The notes beneath the pieces are model-generated. The model saw nothing but the letters and a program-made list of their open reading frames with translations. It was not told the origin of the DNA and made no database searches. Shown here in pieces: positions 10,115 through 21,186 of a stretch of 64,000 bases of DNA. The position numbers and the translations under genes were made by a program. Within the stretch, counting starts at the first letter, position 1. Each line of letters opens with the position of its first letter. This stretch comes from Histomonas meleagridis 2922-C6/04-290x (lineage: Eukaryota; Protista; Parabasalia). The stretch lies in the NCBI GenBank assembly GCA_020184695.1, contig JAANOX010000030.1, forward strand, positions 124,001 through 188,000, written 5' to 3'.

Positions 10115-13100
10115 TTATTCCTTTACATCTTTTAGTTCTCTTTTTTCGTTTTCTAATGCGTTAATATTAAAGTCGTGTGACGACAAATGTCTTCCGTTTG
10201 CTGACAAATTGCCTAAGCCGAACGGAGCATTTTTCTCATCGATTCCGAATTCGACGTTTTTCTTATTTTCTTCTTTTGCTTCTTCTTCTTCGCCATCGTT
10301 AAATATTGGCTTCACGTTATATTCATCATCGAATATTTCGATCATTTCCATATTATCATCGTCGTCAGATATCAAACTCATATTTTCTGAGTTAAAACTT
10401 AATTTTTGTAATAAGTTTTCATTTGATGGTACTAATAACAATTTATCATTTTCATTCTCATTTTCTACTTCATTTTTCACATTTGAATTCTTTCTTCTTT
10501 GAACATTTTCGAATGTAACTGCGTCAATCGATTGTTTTCTTGCAACTCGAATTGGTATCGATTCAGTTTTACCGACATTTTGTTGTTGTTTTATCATTAA
10601 GTTATCTAAACGCGGCCTTTTTTCATCAGTAAGTTTACGAGTGAAACTTCTTTCTTTCGCTTTAGGTCTTTTCCTAATATTAATTCGATTAAATATTTCT
10701 TCGTCAAGGTTATGATTACCAGTGAACAAATCACCGCTTGTTCTACGTGTTTGATAATCGAATAAGTTTTGGTTCCTAAACACATCAACTGGATTTAATG
10801 TTAATGGCGTATGGATTTTAAATATTGCGGAGAATTGATTCTTTTTATCATTCGAACCAGATATTAAATATATTGATCCATTCGATACTAATGTAGTTGA
10901 ATTTGGATGAGAACAAACATTACCAAACTCAGCAACATCATAAATTTCTAATGATGTTAAGTCCAAAATTTGTGTTTTATCCATTGAACCACCGAAAATT
11001 CCAATATATTTATCAAAGCTGATTAATGAATGACATTTTCTTGGTGGTAAAAACACTTTACGTAATTGTTTCCATTCTAAAGTATCCAAATTTAATTCAT
11101 CAAAACGTTTTAATGTTTTACGATTATTAATACCTCCATAAACTAACATACGATTCCCATCTAATATCGATGCATGTTTATATCGAGGATAAGGGAAACG
11201 TGAACCTCCTTCATATACTTTAACGTTATTATTTTCAAGGTTTATTATAATTGTATCATTAAAACATGTTGAAGAATTTAATGATTTTCCTCCATAAATA
11301 ATTAAATTCGTTTTATATAATATCATTGTACAATATTTTCGTGGTTGAATTTGATCACCATTTAATTCGACTTTAGTTGTAACTTTATTTATCGAATCAA
11401 ATTTATATAATTCGTTATATGAAAAGATATAAATATAATTAGCAAATGGTATCGCTATAATATCATTAATAGTTGTCGGAAGTTTTATTACATGTATAAG
11501 TTTTTGTGATTGTAATTTATATATATCAAAATCTTTATCAATTCCAGTAATAATATATAATACATCATTAACTGATACTGCTTTCGGATTAATAAATGGA
11601 ATTAATTTCGTTTTCATTTCAACATTTTCCCAATCAATAGTAAACTTTTCATTACAAAACAATTTATATTTTTGTCGCATTTGATATAAACATTTAAACA
11701 ATTCTTTCATGTCATTTTCATTATTAAATGTAATTGTATAAATCCCTTTTTTGTTTGTAATATATGACTTATTTGATGAATCAATAATTATCGAATTTAA
11801 TTCAGGCCATTGATATATTAATGAAAACTTAGAAATAGGACAATCAAAGATACCTTTGTAACGATTCTTTTCTTGTTGTTGAATGATAACCAATAAATCC
11901 GAAAATAAATATATATTACCTTCATGTTGATTCCGTGATGAACTTTGGATATTAACTTTAGCTTCGAAAACAAGATCGCGTTGTATATCCAAGAAGATAA
12001 ATCCATTCGTAATACCTTGTTGAATATGCATTAGTTCAGCTTGTTTACGTGCTAACTCAGAAACTGAATCAAATTGTGACGTCATTTCTTGAATACGCTC
12101 TGAGACTATAGGTAACAATTTGGAGTCCGGATGTGATTTAGGTGTATATTTGATTAAATCACGTATAAATAATATGTAACGTGGAATACGTTGAACTGGC
12201 GTTATTAAATAACTATGTAAATCTCTGCCATCTATAGCTTTAGCTAATTGTAATAGTTTACGATGGACATTTGTGTTCTTATAAAGATTTAAAACTTCAA
12301 TAATAGATGGATACTCAGAGACATAATGCTTAGAAATGGAAAAAGCAGGTATGAACTCGATAAATGGTATGGAAATTTCGGAGCTATATGATGTACCTGC
12401 TTGCTGCAAATGCTCACAAAAATACATATGTACGCCAAAAATGGATGATATGTCCTTAAATATGATTTGTAAATGATTCTCTGGTAATATCTTCTTGGCA
12501 CGAAGTGTCTTCTCCCAATAATTTGTAATGATGGAAAGATTATGAAGATAAGATTGCTCAGTAGTAACAATTTCTTTTAATATAAAGGTACGATGCTTAA
12601 TACGATTAAGTGCTTCTTCAGTAAATGTGCATTTAAATATGATTTGTTGTGTTTTACCGAGTTGTAATAATGAGGCGGCGTTAAAGGTTTCTGGAATAAA
12701 TTGATCGTTAATATAAAGTGATGAGTCAAGAACAGCTATGTCTAAGTCTTTCTTGATTTTGTTCTTAACATCAACGGCAGTGGCATTTTTGAAAAAATCT
12801 AAATTAAAAGGTACCATAAAAGATGGTATTTCATACTCTGATGGGTTGCTGATGGAAATCCTAAGCGTAAGGGTTTTAAACTCATTAGCTGGATGAACTG
12901 ATAACGAATACTTTGGAATTTCATACGGACTACATTGATAGTTAATAATGAGTTGTGGATATGTTTTCAAAGGACAACAAGAAAATGGTAATACTTCAAT
13001 GTAGTTAGGTGTTCGAATAAAAATTAATTCTCCAATTAACCCAAATGACTCAGATATTTGTTTAGTTGATAGGTTAACAAAATCTGCAGCATCATAGCAT

Positions 13101-13144
13101 TGAGTTGGTTGCCCTTTACGGATGACAGCAAAATATTCACCCAT
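10115..13144 (-). CDS. RhoGEF (DH-PH) and Kelch-repeat protein
   Basis: DH motifs HRTFILKEIVTTEQSYL and SYLITPVQRIPRYILFIRDLIKYTP, a PH-like segment (IYLFSDLLVI), then Kelch repeats (IIYGGKS, LVYGGIN, IFGGS). Confidence 0.85.
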   Translation of the reverse strand: MGEYFAVIRKGQPTQCYDAADFVNLSTKQISESFGLIGELIFIRTPNYIEVLPFSCCPLKTYPQLIINYQCSPYEIPKYSLSVHPANEFKTLTLRISISNPSEYEIPSFMVPFNLDFFKNATAVDVKNKIKKDLDIAVLDSSLYINDQFIPETFNAASLLQLGKTQQIIFKCTFTEEALNRIKHRTFILKEIVTTEQSYLHNLSIITNYWEKTLRAKKILPENHLQIIFKDISSIFGVHMYFCEHLQQAGTSYSSEISIPFIEFIPAFSISKHYVSEYPSIIEVLNLYKNTNVHRKLLQLAKAIDGRDLHSYLITPVQRIPRYILFIRDLIKYTPKSHPDSKLLPIVSERIQEMTSQFDSVSELARKQAELMHIQQGITNGFIFLDIQRDLVFEAKVNIQSSSRNQHEGNIYLFSDLLVIIQQQEKNRYKGIFDCPISKFSLIYQWPELNSIIIDSSNKSYITNKKGIYTITFNNENDMKELFKCLYQMRQKYKLFCNEKFTIDWENVEMKTKLIPFINPKAVSVNDVLYIITGIDKDFDIYKLQSQKLIHVIKLPTTINDIIAIPFANYIYIFSYNELYKFDSINKVTTKVELNGDQIQPRKYCTMILYKTNLIIYGGKSLNSSTCFNDTIIINLENNNVKVYEGGSRFPYPRYKHASILDGNRMLVYGGINNRKTLKRFDELNLDTLEWKQLRKVFLPPRKCHSLISFDKYIGIFGGSMDKTQILDLTSLEIYDVAEFGNVCSHPNSTTLVSNGSIYLISGSNDKKNQFSAIFKIHTPLTLNPVDVFRNQNLFDYQTRRTSGDLFTGNHNLDEEIFNRINIRKRPKAKERSFTRKLTDEKRPRLDNLMIKQQQNVGKTESIPIRVARKQSIDAVTFENVQRRKNSNVKNEVENENENDKLLLVPSNENLLQKLSFNSENMSLISDDDDNMEMIEIFDDEYNVKPIFNDGEEEEAKEENKKNVEFGIDEKNAPFGLGNLSANGRHLSSHDFNINALENEKRELKDVKE

Positions 13145-13490
13145 TTAGGCTTTTTATTCTTTGAATATGAAATTTTTTGTCCGTTAAAAATTAAATTATC
13201 TTAATATATAATTGATATTAAACAAAATAAAATATCTTAATCAAAAATATAATATGTAGTAAATTTAAACTTAGAAAAATATATTTAAATTATCTCTAGA
13301 TAAGAAAATATAAGATATTTTTTTGAAAACAATCAAGTCGAACAAACTCAGGGAATTGTAATTTTAAACGTAAGACGTAGTGTTTCACAAATTTATCTGC
13401 TATAAAAATATATTTAATTTTAAATTTAAAGCATATATTTTTATTACAAATCAATATATATTTAGAAACATTTTTTTCCTTAGAAATCAA

Positions 13491-14186
13491 TTATTTTTTG
13501 CTCGAAAAAATTAAATCATCTCCTTCTTCATTAGCGAGTTCAGCAAGAAAATTAGCTCCTGCTTTTGTTGCTTGAACTGTTGGTGATTGTATTTCACGTT
13601 TCTTGCCTTTAGATGCTGTTATAGGTGTTTTAGGTTTTTTGGGCGTTGGGATCATTGATTTTCTTTTTGGAGAAGATGGTGTTGGATTTTGTCTCGATTT
13701 TTGGATTTCTGCATATGATTGAACTGATGTTGTTTCTGTTTTACGAGCACTACTTGGGGACTCACTATGTGTACTCCTTGCTGTAGATATTGAATCATCA
13801 CTTTGTATTGTTTGTGCTGATTTGATTTCCCTTGGTTTGGGCTTTTTAATATTCCGAATTGCCCTATTTATTTTCTTTATTTCGTTGTTTGTTTCTGTTT
13901 CTTTTTGTTGAAGTTCTAAAATATTTTTCTTCGATTTAGCTTCAACATTACTAATATGTTTTTGAATTTCTTCTTCAGTAAAACCAATACTTAGAAGTGA
14001 TTCAGTTATTTGGAAAAGATAAAGGTTTGGTTCTGGATGTTTAATAGGATCTTTTGGAGTATTATTTTCTCTATTTTTTTGAACACTATGTTTTTTTGAT
14101 ATGTCTTGAGCATGGTGTACTTTTTTATTCATTTCTAAAAGTTTTTCTTTTGCCTTTAAAAGTCTTTCTTGTTCATGAGGATCCAT
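13491..14186 (-). CDS. Hypothetical coiled-coil / basic low-complexity protein
   Basis: Open frame, likely start MDPHEQERLL (ATG 14186). K/E coiled coil followed by an S/T/P/K-rich tail. Confidence 0.55.
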   Translation of the reverse strand: MDPHEQERLLKAKEKLLEMNKKVHHAQDISKKHSVQKNRENNTPKDPIKHPEPNLYLFQITESLLSIGFTEEEIQKHISNVEAKSKKNILELQQKETETNNEIKKINRAIRNIKKPKPREIKSAQTIQSDDSISTARSTHSESPSSARKTETTSVQSYAEIQKSRQNPTPSSPKRKSMIPTPKKPKTPITASKGKKREIQSPTVQATKAGANFLAELANEEGDDLIFSSKK

Positions 14187-14312
14187 AAAAATTTTGTTAA
14201 AAATAAAATTCGTCATTTTTTTCAGAAGTTTTAAAAATGACACACAGAAAAAGTCCATTTTTTAAAAAGGTTGTTTAAAAAAAAACTTAAAAACGATTTT
14301 CGTTTTGCTAAT

Positions 14313-14858
14313 TTAAAGTTTAGCAAATAAACTGATTTCAGGCTTTTCAGCAAAGACATTGGAGACAACTGAATAAAGTGAGTTTTCATCATCTTGGAAG
14401 ATTACTTGAACGTTTCTTGATCCTCTGAGGGTTTGAGCACGTGCAGCAAGAACCTTATGAGGTGTAGATGTGAGATATTTGTTACTGACTGCTGAGTTGA
14501 TAACGTTTTGAATTTCTTCTTGATTTTCTTCAATATCAATCCAATAGTATCCACCTCTCAAAGCGGTCTTGGGTAATGGCTTGAATGCTGTTAAGACTGG
14601 TTCTTGTCTTAATGGGAATGTGATTTGAACTTCGAATTCAAATTGTGCGTATTTGCAAGTTAAGTTCAAGATTGCGCCTTTAACAATTTTGATTTGAGCT
14701 GAAGTAATTATTAATTCAGCGTTGGTAATTTCTGGAAAGATGGCATTCATTTTTGATTGGAGATTTGTCTTGGCATGTGTGACATAGTCATTATCAAGAT
14801 CAATATCAGAGAAGCCACCTAAAACGTTGGTGTACATGAGCAACGGAAGGAAGAACAT
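14313..14858 (-). CDS. Secreted protein with two tandem cystatin-like domains
   Basis: Short hydrophobic leader. Each half starts with a cystatin N-terminal GG (VLGGFSDIDL; LRGGYYWIDI) and has a degenerate QxVxG strand (AQIKIVKG; ARAQTLRG). Confidence 0.55.
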   Translation of the reverse strand: MFFLPLLMYTNVLGGFSDIDLDNDYVTHAKTNLQSKMNAIFPEITNAELIITSAQIKIVKGAILNLTCKYAQFEFEVQITFPLRQEPVLTAFKPLPKTALRGGYYWIDIEENQEEIQNVINSAVSNKYLTSTPHKVLAARAQTLRGSRNVQVIFQDDENSLYSVVSNVFAEKPEISLFAKL

Positions 14859-15432
14859 CTTAAAATCTAAGCGACAAATGACACTTCAATTTGAATTAAT
14901 GCGAACAAATAATGATTCAAATCAATTGGCGAATTCAAAAGCGCCATATAAACCAGTCAATTTTTCGATTCGTCAGTTAAAAACGGTTAAAGTTCAGGCA
15001 AAAAAGAAAAAAATTATTTTTATTCTATAAAAAATAAATTTAAATTTAAATTGATAGGTTTTTCCTTTATTAAACTACTTTCCTTTAATTTAAATGTAAA
15101 TAATTTCTAATAAATATAAATATTTTATTTCAATTCTGCAGGCAAATTTTATTTAAAAATCATCAAACTCCATCAAAAACAATACTTAATGTATGGTGGT
15201 AATTTTAAAGTATTTTCGTTAAATAAATATAAAAAATTAAAGAAACTTTTTTTGCACATTATTTTTGAAACCAAAATGAAAAATTTTTTTAACATCAATA
15301 ATTGCTTAATCTAATTATAAACAATGTATTTAGTATTTATACTTGCTACTTCATTTGAAAAGAAAAGTAATGATGTTTTGCTTTTTTATTATCGTCTTGA
15401 TGATATTCGACCGTTAAGATCATCTAGGTCCA

Positions 15433-18400
15433 ATGTTGAGCCCAGCAATCAAAAAGATCAAATCTTTTGGATGTCTTCCTACAGCCGACGACGTTGATTT
15501 TTCTACACCTGCTTTATCATACACTCAACTGGATGCAAAGATAATGGAATTATATCAAAAATTTAATGATGATGTAAACAATGTTTCTGTTTATGAAACT
15601 AATAACAAGACATCAGAGGAAAGGGAAATTGAAAAAGTAATGCGACTTATTCGAGGATGTCAAACTCCAAAACAAGTAAATCAAATTGTGAATCTTCTTT
15701 CAAATTCCAAATTCCCAATTACTGCAATGAAAGTCCGTGATCATTTACTTGATGTTATGACCAGGCCATCTTATTTTTCATCAACATCTGAGTCACATAT
15801 TTATTTTCAACTTTTTATTCCAGAACTTCATCGTTTCCTCATATATTTTTCAAGGGAAGACCAAAGCAATTTTCTTGAAGCCTTATCCAATCTCATTGTT
15901 TGTGTTTCACCAAATCCACAAAAGTTAAATGAAAAAGGATCTGTCCCAAGTTTTCAAAGTTATGAAGCGGTGGCTAATTGTTGCACCTCAGTTCTCCGCA
16001 AATGTTTTGAGATTAATTATCCCCAAGATTTAATTTTAAAATTTTCAAAATCAATACTTTCATCTATTCTTACAGTTTCTGTCAACATTGCCGAAGTCTC
16101 ACGTATTATGCATTCACAATTTTCATCTAATTTTATTTACATTGGCTCTTTTTTCCCATTTGTATCCGAACTCGAACCGCTCATAACCGCTAACGATAGC
16201 GATCTTGTTCGACTTTTACAACAATTTTGGATCGTATCAGTAATGTTTACCTTTTTTGGGACACGAATCTTTTTACAATGGGATGAAGCAGTTACTAAGC
16301 TTATGAAGTTTATCCCGCCACTTGTACAAAAGACGCCACGTGTTGATTTTTCATCAATTAAAGTTCGAGTTAATGAATTATTTAAACTGATAAATCCAAG
16401 TTCATTTAAACAAACCGAAAATCTTGTACCAGTTTATACACGCATGTTACCAAATCTTCCAACGAAAACAATATTACAACTTGATGTTGCAGATGCGATT
16501 TATGGCTTGTCAATCTTCACATTAGAAAAGACGCGGGCAGAGAATGGAATTATTGGTCCAATGTTTGAATATATTGAAGCCGAATACACGCCAACATTTT
16601 CACAGATATTAGATGCTATGTTTGAGCCCATTTTTAGTGAGTTTGAAAAATATTTTAATAAAGAAGAAGACATTGAACAAAAGCATCAATATATGGCATT
16701 TACAATGTCAATTATCTTACCTAAGATTGCATCAAATAATGTACATGTTCAAACATTAGCTGATCAATTCTGTCGACAATTTGCTTTATCAAATCCGACA
16801 GTAATTTGTCATGAACAAGTGTTAAAGACAATTTTATCTATTGAGAAACATATTCAACAATCTATAAATGAACAACAACGTCAAACAATACATACATTTA
16901 TTGAAACATTATTTTCATCAGCTGTATCATTAGTCCCTAATTCATTATTTGCATTATTGTTTTATGTCGAATATCGTAAGAAGACAAATAAATCGAATTC
17001 TAAGACAACAATAATTCAAATGCAAAATATAATATCTAAAGAATATTATAATGTATTATTAAATCAATTTATGACTAAATCAATATCAATGGGTAAAGCA
17101 GAATATATAACGCCAGAAAACTTTGATGACATTAAAGAAAATGAAAACAAATCATTAACAATTGCTTCATATATTATCTTACATCCAGAACGAATTGATT
17201 TAATATCAAAGTTTTTAGATGTTTCTAAGAATGATAAAGATTCGATGTTATTAACATGGACACATTTTGCTAATAATTCGATTTCATTTTCGAAACATAT
17301 TACATCTGATTTGATCCATTTATTTATGGGAAGTATATTAAATAAGACAGGAATATTTGGGTTTACATTAGATTTAAATGTTATTAACTTCCAAACGACG
17401 ACATTACGCTTTTTAATTGAACAAATATTAATTTCAAGTCATTCTGCTAATTATATTTCAATCTTTTCGATTGCGTTAGATTCGAAATTCTTAAATAACT
17501 CAGCTATAGTACCATCATTAATCTCATTTGCATATTTTGGTTGTTTATTATTAAACTCTAATAATGTATCATTACCAATTAAATTAAAATATCAAATTTT
17601 ACGATTTGTAATTCGAATGTTATTAATATCATATTCTTATACATATGACGCATATATATTCCGTTATATTAATGAAACAGATTTAGTTCATATGGAACGA
17701 ATCATCGAAATATTACCTGAAACTACATCATTATTATCAACAACACAAAACATTGATCAAAATACAAGTTCGACAGTTACTAATTCGACAATGTTTTCAA
17801 GTAAAAATGAAAACAAAATTCCTAAAACAATTGGAAATGCAATTAATAATTCAACAATTAACTTCATATCTAAAAACAGTGAAGACATTACTAACTTCGA
17901 ACCTTTAATTTCATTCACAACTACTTTATTATGTAATCAATTACAATTGTTTTATTCATATTTGAAATCAGGTCAAATTCCTCCAAACTTACAAAGGATT
18001 TTCGCATTATATCAAATCAAACCTCGAAAAGCGCATTTAAACGCTACAATTCCAATGATATGGAAAATCGCGCCTGAAGCTTTATATAACTTATGTTTAC
18101 TTCCTAGAATTGGTGAAAATGTAATTTCAATAATTGCACAATTATCTGAAATCGATCCGTTCACTGCTGCAAGTATTCCTTCATTAGCGTTATTATTTGC
18201 AACAAATTCTTCAGACAAATTAAATAAATCAAATTTGTCAATTTGGAAGCCGTTAAATGCGATTCAAGCTTTAACTTTAGTAAAGGCTAATTTAATGAAA
18301 GATAATGAAGCTGCTAAATATGTATCAAAATGTTTGGCTTCATTTACTAAGGATGAAAGTTTGTTATTCTTACCACAACTTGTACAAAGTCTTCGATTTG

Positions 18401-19641
18401 ATTCTTGTGGAATGCTGCGTCAGTTTTTAATAGACTATTCAAAACAATCCGAAATATTTTTACATTATTTATTATGGAATATTTTAAGTGAAAAAGGTAA
18501 TTCTGTAAATGGGAAAGATAATTTACCTGGGATATTGACTGAGTTAGAACAAACTTTAATCGATAATATGTCAAATGAAGAAAGAATTCATTATGAAAAC
18601 GAATTCGGTTTAATTGATAAACTTGACGAAGTTAGTCAAAGATTGTTACCGATGCCGATCGAAAACCGTCCGCCGGCTTTGGGTGACATGTTAAATGAAA
18701 TGGAAATCCCTGATGGTATTTATATACCTTCAAATCCAAATTATAAAATATTATCTATTGATGCTGAACATTCAGTACCATTGAAAAGCCATGCACGTGT
18801 TCCTATTCTTGTCCGTTTTAAAGTTTATGATGAAAATGATGAAGAAAAGAAACCAATTCCATTTTCTTGTATATTTAAGATTCATGATGATGTTAGACAG
18901 GATGCAATGATGATACAATTCATTGATAGGTTCCAAACTATCTTCAATGAAGCAGGACTTGATACTTATCTATTTCCTTATCGAGTTTTCGCTACTGGCG
19001 AAAATCGTGGAGTTCTTGAATGTATCCCCAACGCCAAGTCACGCCATGACCTTGGCCATGCTACCAACGAATATTTCTTACAATATTTCATCAGCAAATA
19101 TGGACCACCCCATACCAAAGAATTTAAGCAAGCGCAACAAAACTTCATCAAGAGTGTGGCTCCCTATTCACTTCTCTGTTATTTATTCCAAGTTAAAGAT
19201 CGACATAATGCAAATATAATGGTTGACGAAGAAGGCCATATAATTCATATTGATTTTGGGTTCTTATTTGAGATTTCACCAGGAGGTAACTTAAAGTTCG
19301 AACGTGCTCCATTTAAACTTACTCGCGAAATGATCGATTTGATGGGAGGATCACGCGAAGCTCCACCATTCCAACAATTTGCGACTCTGTTAAAGAAGTG
19401 TTTCTTTGCAGTGAGAGCAAGACATTCTGAAATAGAGTCAATCACATATTTGATGATGAGCGCCGGATTTCCATGCTTCAGAGCCGACTCGATAAAGAAG
19501 CTGCAGCAAAGGTTCTTCTTGGATAAAAGTCCTAAAGACGTCTGTGTTGGAGTAGAACAGCTAATAACAGAATCGTATGAAGCTCCTTCAACATCTGCTT
19601 ATGATGGATTCCAAGCAATGCAAAATGGTATCTTCTTTTGA
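15433..19641 (+). CDS. Phosphatidylinositol 4-kinase alpha (Stt4/PI4KA-type)
   Basis: 1402 aa. PIK helical motif FLPQLVQSLRFD and kinase motifs IFKIHDDVRQD, VKDRHNANIM, HIDFGFLFEISPGGNLKFERAPFKLT. Confidence 0.9.
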   Translation: MLSPAIKKIKSFGCLPTADDVDFSTPALSYTQLDAKIMELYQKFNDDVNNVSVYETNNKTSEEREIEKVMRLIRGCQTPKQVNQIVNLLSNSKFPITAMKVRDHLLDVMTRPSYFSSTSESHIYFQLFIPELHRFLIYFSREDQSNFLEALSNLIVCVSPNPQKLNEKGSVPSFQSYEAVANCCTSVLRKCFEINYPQDLILKFSKSILSSILTVSVNIAEVSRIMHSQFSSNFIYIGSFFPFVSELEPLITANDSDLVRLLQQFWIVSVMFTFFGTRIFLQWDEAVTKLMKFIPPLVQKTPRVDFSSIKVRVNELFKLINPSSFKQTENLVPVYTRMLPNLPTKTILQLDVADAIYGLSIFTLEKTRAENGIIGPMFEYIEAEYTPTFSQILDAMFEPIFSEFEKYFNKEEDIEQKHQYMAFTMSIILPKIASNNVHVQTLADQFCRQFALSNPTVICHEQVLKTILSIEKHIQQSINEQQRQTIHTFIETLFSSAVSLVPNSLFALLFYVEYRKKTNKSNSKTTIIQMQNIISKEYYNVLLNQFMTKSISMGKAEYITPENFDDIKENENKSLTIASYIILHPERIDLISKFLDVSKNDKDSMLLTWTHFANNSISFSKHITSDLIHLFMGSILNKTGIFGFTLDLNVINFQTTTLRFLIEQILISSHSANYISIFSIALDSKFLNNSAIVPSLISFAYFGCLLLNSNNVSLPIKLKYQILRFVIRMLLISYSYTYDAYIFRYINETDLVHMERIIEILPETTSLLSTTQNIDQNTSSTVTNSTMFSSKNENKIPKTIGNAINNSTINFISKNSEDITNFEPLISFTTTLLCNQLQLFYSYLKSGQIPPNLQRIFALYQIKPRKAHLNATIPMIWKIAPEALYNLCLLPRIGENVISIIAQLSEIDPFTAASIPSLALLFATNSSDKLNKSNLSIWKPLNAIQALTLVKANLMKDNEAAKYVSKCLASFTKDESLLFLPQLVQSLRFDSCGMLRQFLIDYSKQSEIFLHYLLWNILSEKGNSVNGKDNLPGILTELEQTLIDNMSNEERIHYENEFGLIDKLDEVSQRLLPMPIENRPPALGDMLNEMEIPDGIYIPSNPNYKILSIDAEHSVPLKSHARVPILVRFKVYDENDEEKKPIPFSCIFKIHDDVRQDAMMIQFIDRFQTIFNEAGLDTYLFPYRVFATGENRGVLECIPNAKSRHDLGHATNEYFLQYFISKYGPPHTKEFKQAQQNFIKSVAPYSLLCYLFQVKDRHNANIMVDEEGHIIHIDFGFLFEISPGGNLKFERAPFKLTREMIDLMGGSREAPPFQQFATLLKKCFFAVRARHSEIESITYLMMSAGFPCFRADSIKKLQQRFFLDKSPKDVCVGVEQLITESYEAPSTSAYDGFQAMQNGIFF

Positions 19642-19871
19642 GGAAATGATGTAAAAATGATTTCTAATGATTTTCTATAAAATATGATTTTGCTTAATTG
19701 CAAAAATAATCAGCAAAAAATCAGATCGTTGAATCGTCATAAGAAGTTGCCATATACGTAATGAGTTCAGTTTTAAAACTTATTTACAATAGATTCTTGA
19801 GAAGGTGTTCATGTCAATTAACCGTCGATTGAAAATGCCACTTTTATTTAAAAAATGCCATCGTACATTAA

Positions 19872-20729
19872 ATGGAATTCTCCCACTCCAAATATACATT
19901 AGCAACTACAAATGATCATGAAAAAATTGTATACAACCACCAAGAATTCGAAAACGCAATGATGAAAGTGAAAGGAAAGCCAATTATTTTTGTAACGATT
20001 TTGGGTGAATATCAAATAGGAAAATCTACTACATTAAAATTTCTTACAGGAGATAGAAGTATTGTTGTTGGTGACGGAAATAATCAAGAAACCACTGGTG
20101 TTTTGATGTATGGACCTTTTCTTTATAATAATTTTCGGGAAAAGTTTAACATCGAAATAATACCAAATGATGAAACCCAAATTTTTTTTATTGATACGGA
20201 AGGAAGTAATGGTTTTAATTTATTTCCAGATGAATCAGGAATTCTTTATTCCAAACTTGTTTTCCCATATACTGCGCTATCCAATGTAATCATCTCTATG
20301 CTTCATAGGCACCCTCTTTTTTCTGAAGTGCAAATTCTTTGCAATGTTCTCAAAACAACCAACTTAATTGTTCAAAAAGAACATACTAAATCATGCCCAA
20401 AGAACATTGCGCTTATCAAACATTATATCCTTAAGCCAAATATAAATAATTTTGATGCAATCCAAAAGAAAGCAATGGTAAATTTAACTAAAAAGATATC
20501 TTTTGTTAAATATGATGATGTTATACCACTTTTTATCTATAATATTAATAATGACGAATCTTCTCAGAGCCCGGAATTTTATGAGGTATTCAATATCTTT
20601 GCACAACGACTTATAAATCAAATCGAAGAAACACGAAAAGATTTTACGTTTACCTCTGAAAGTGCTTGCGAAATGTATGAGAAAATAGTTAAATACATTT
20701 CCAAATATTTAATAAACAGTCGTTTCTGA
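19872..20729 (+). CDS. Guanylate-binding protein/atlastin-like GTPase domain protein
   Basis: G1 ILGEYQIGKST, G2 ETTGVLMY and G3 FFIDTEG, as in GBP-family GTPases. Confidence 0.65.
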   Translation: MEFSHSKYTLATTNDHEKIVYNHQEFENAMMKVKGKPIIFVTILGEYQIGKSTTLKFLTGDRSIVVGDGNNQETTGVLMYGPFLYNNFREKFNIEIIPNDETQIFFIDTEGSNGFNLFPDESGILYSKLVFPYTALSNVIISMLHRHPLFSEVQILCNVLKTTNLIVQKEHTKSCPKNIALIKHYILKPNINNFDAIQKKAMVNLTKKISFVKYDDVIPLFIYNINNDESSQSPEFYEVFNIFAQRLINQIEETRKDFTFTSESACEMYEKIVKYISKYLINSRF

Positions 20730-21186
20730 TCTTTAAATTTTTAAAATTCAGTTATTTACTCATAATAATTTATATAAATTTTCTGATTATTTCATATTTA
20801 TAATTATCTTTTGTTTAAAAATATTTTCATGGCATCTTGGCTATACTAATTACTTTACATCAAATCAACTTTAATTCAATTTATTAAGATCTTTTCAAAC
20901 ACTTACACATAAAATAACAAATAATACACTCTTGAAAAAAATACTTAAGTTGTGGCTGTACGCCTTCCACTCGTTGAAAAATATCTTCAATGTCATTATT
21001 AATATCACGTATTTTAAATCAGATTTTGCATTTTAAATCAGATTTTATTAGCAATATGTAACATATCAATTAGTTTTTTTGTATTATTAAAATTTTCAGT
21101 AATGAGGTAATTACCGTGAGTAATAACCACATTCTAATTATAAAATTTATAATGCAATATAACATTTTATTAAACATATTATGAAA

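Noticed and set aside
21012-21046. Short direct duplication TTTTAAATCAGATTTT x2
   Set aside because: Two copies of an AT-rich 16-mer in intergenic DNA; consistent with slippage, no sign of an element.
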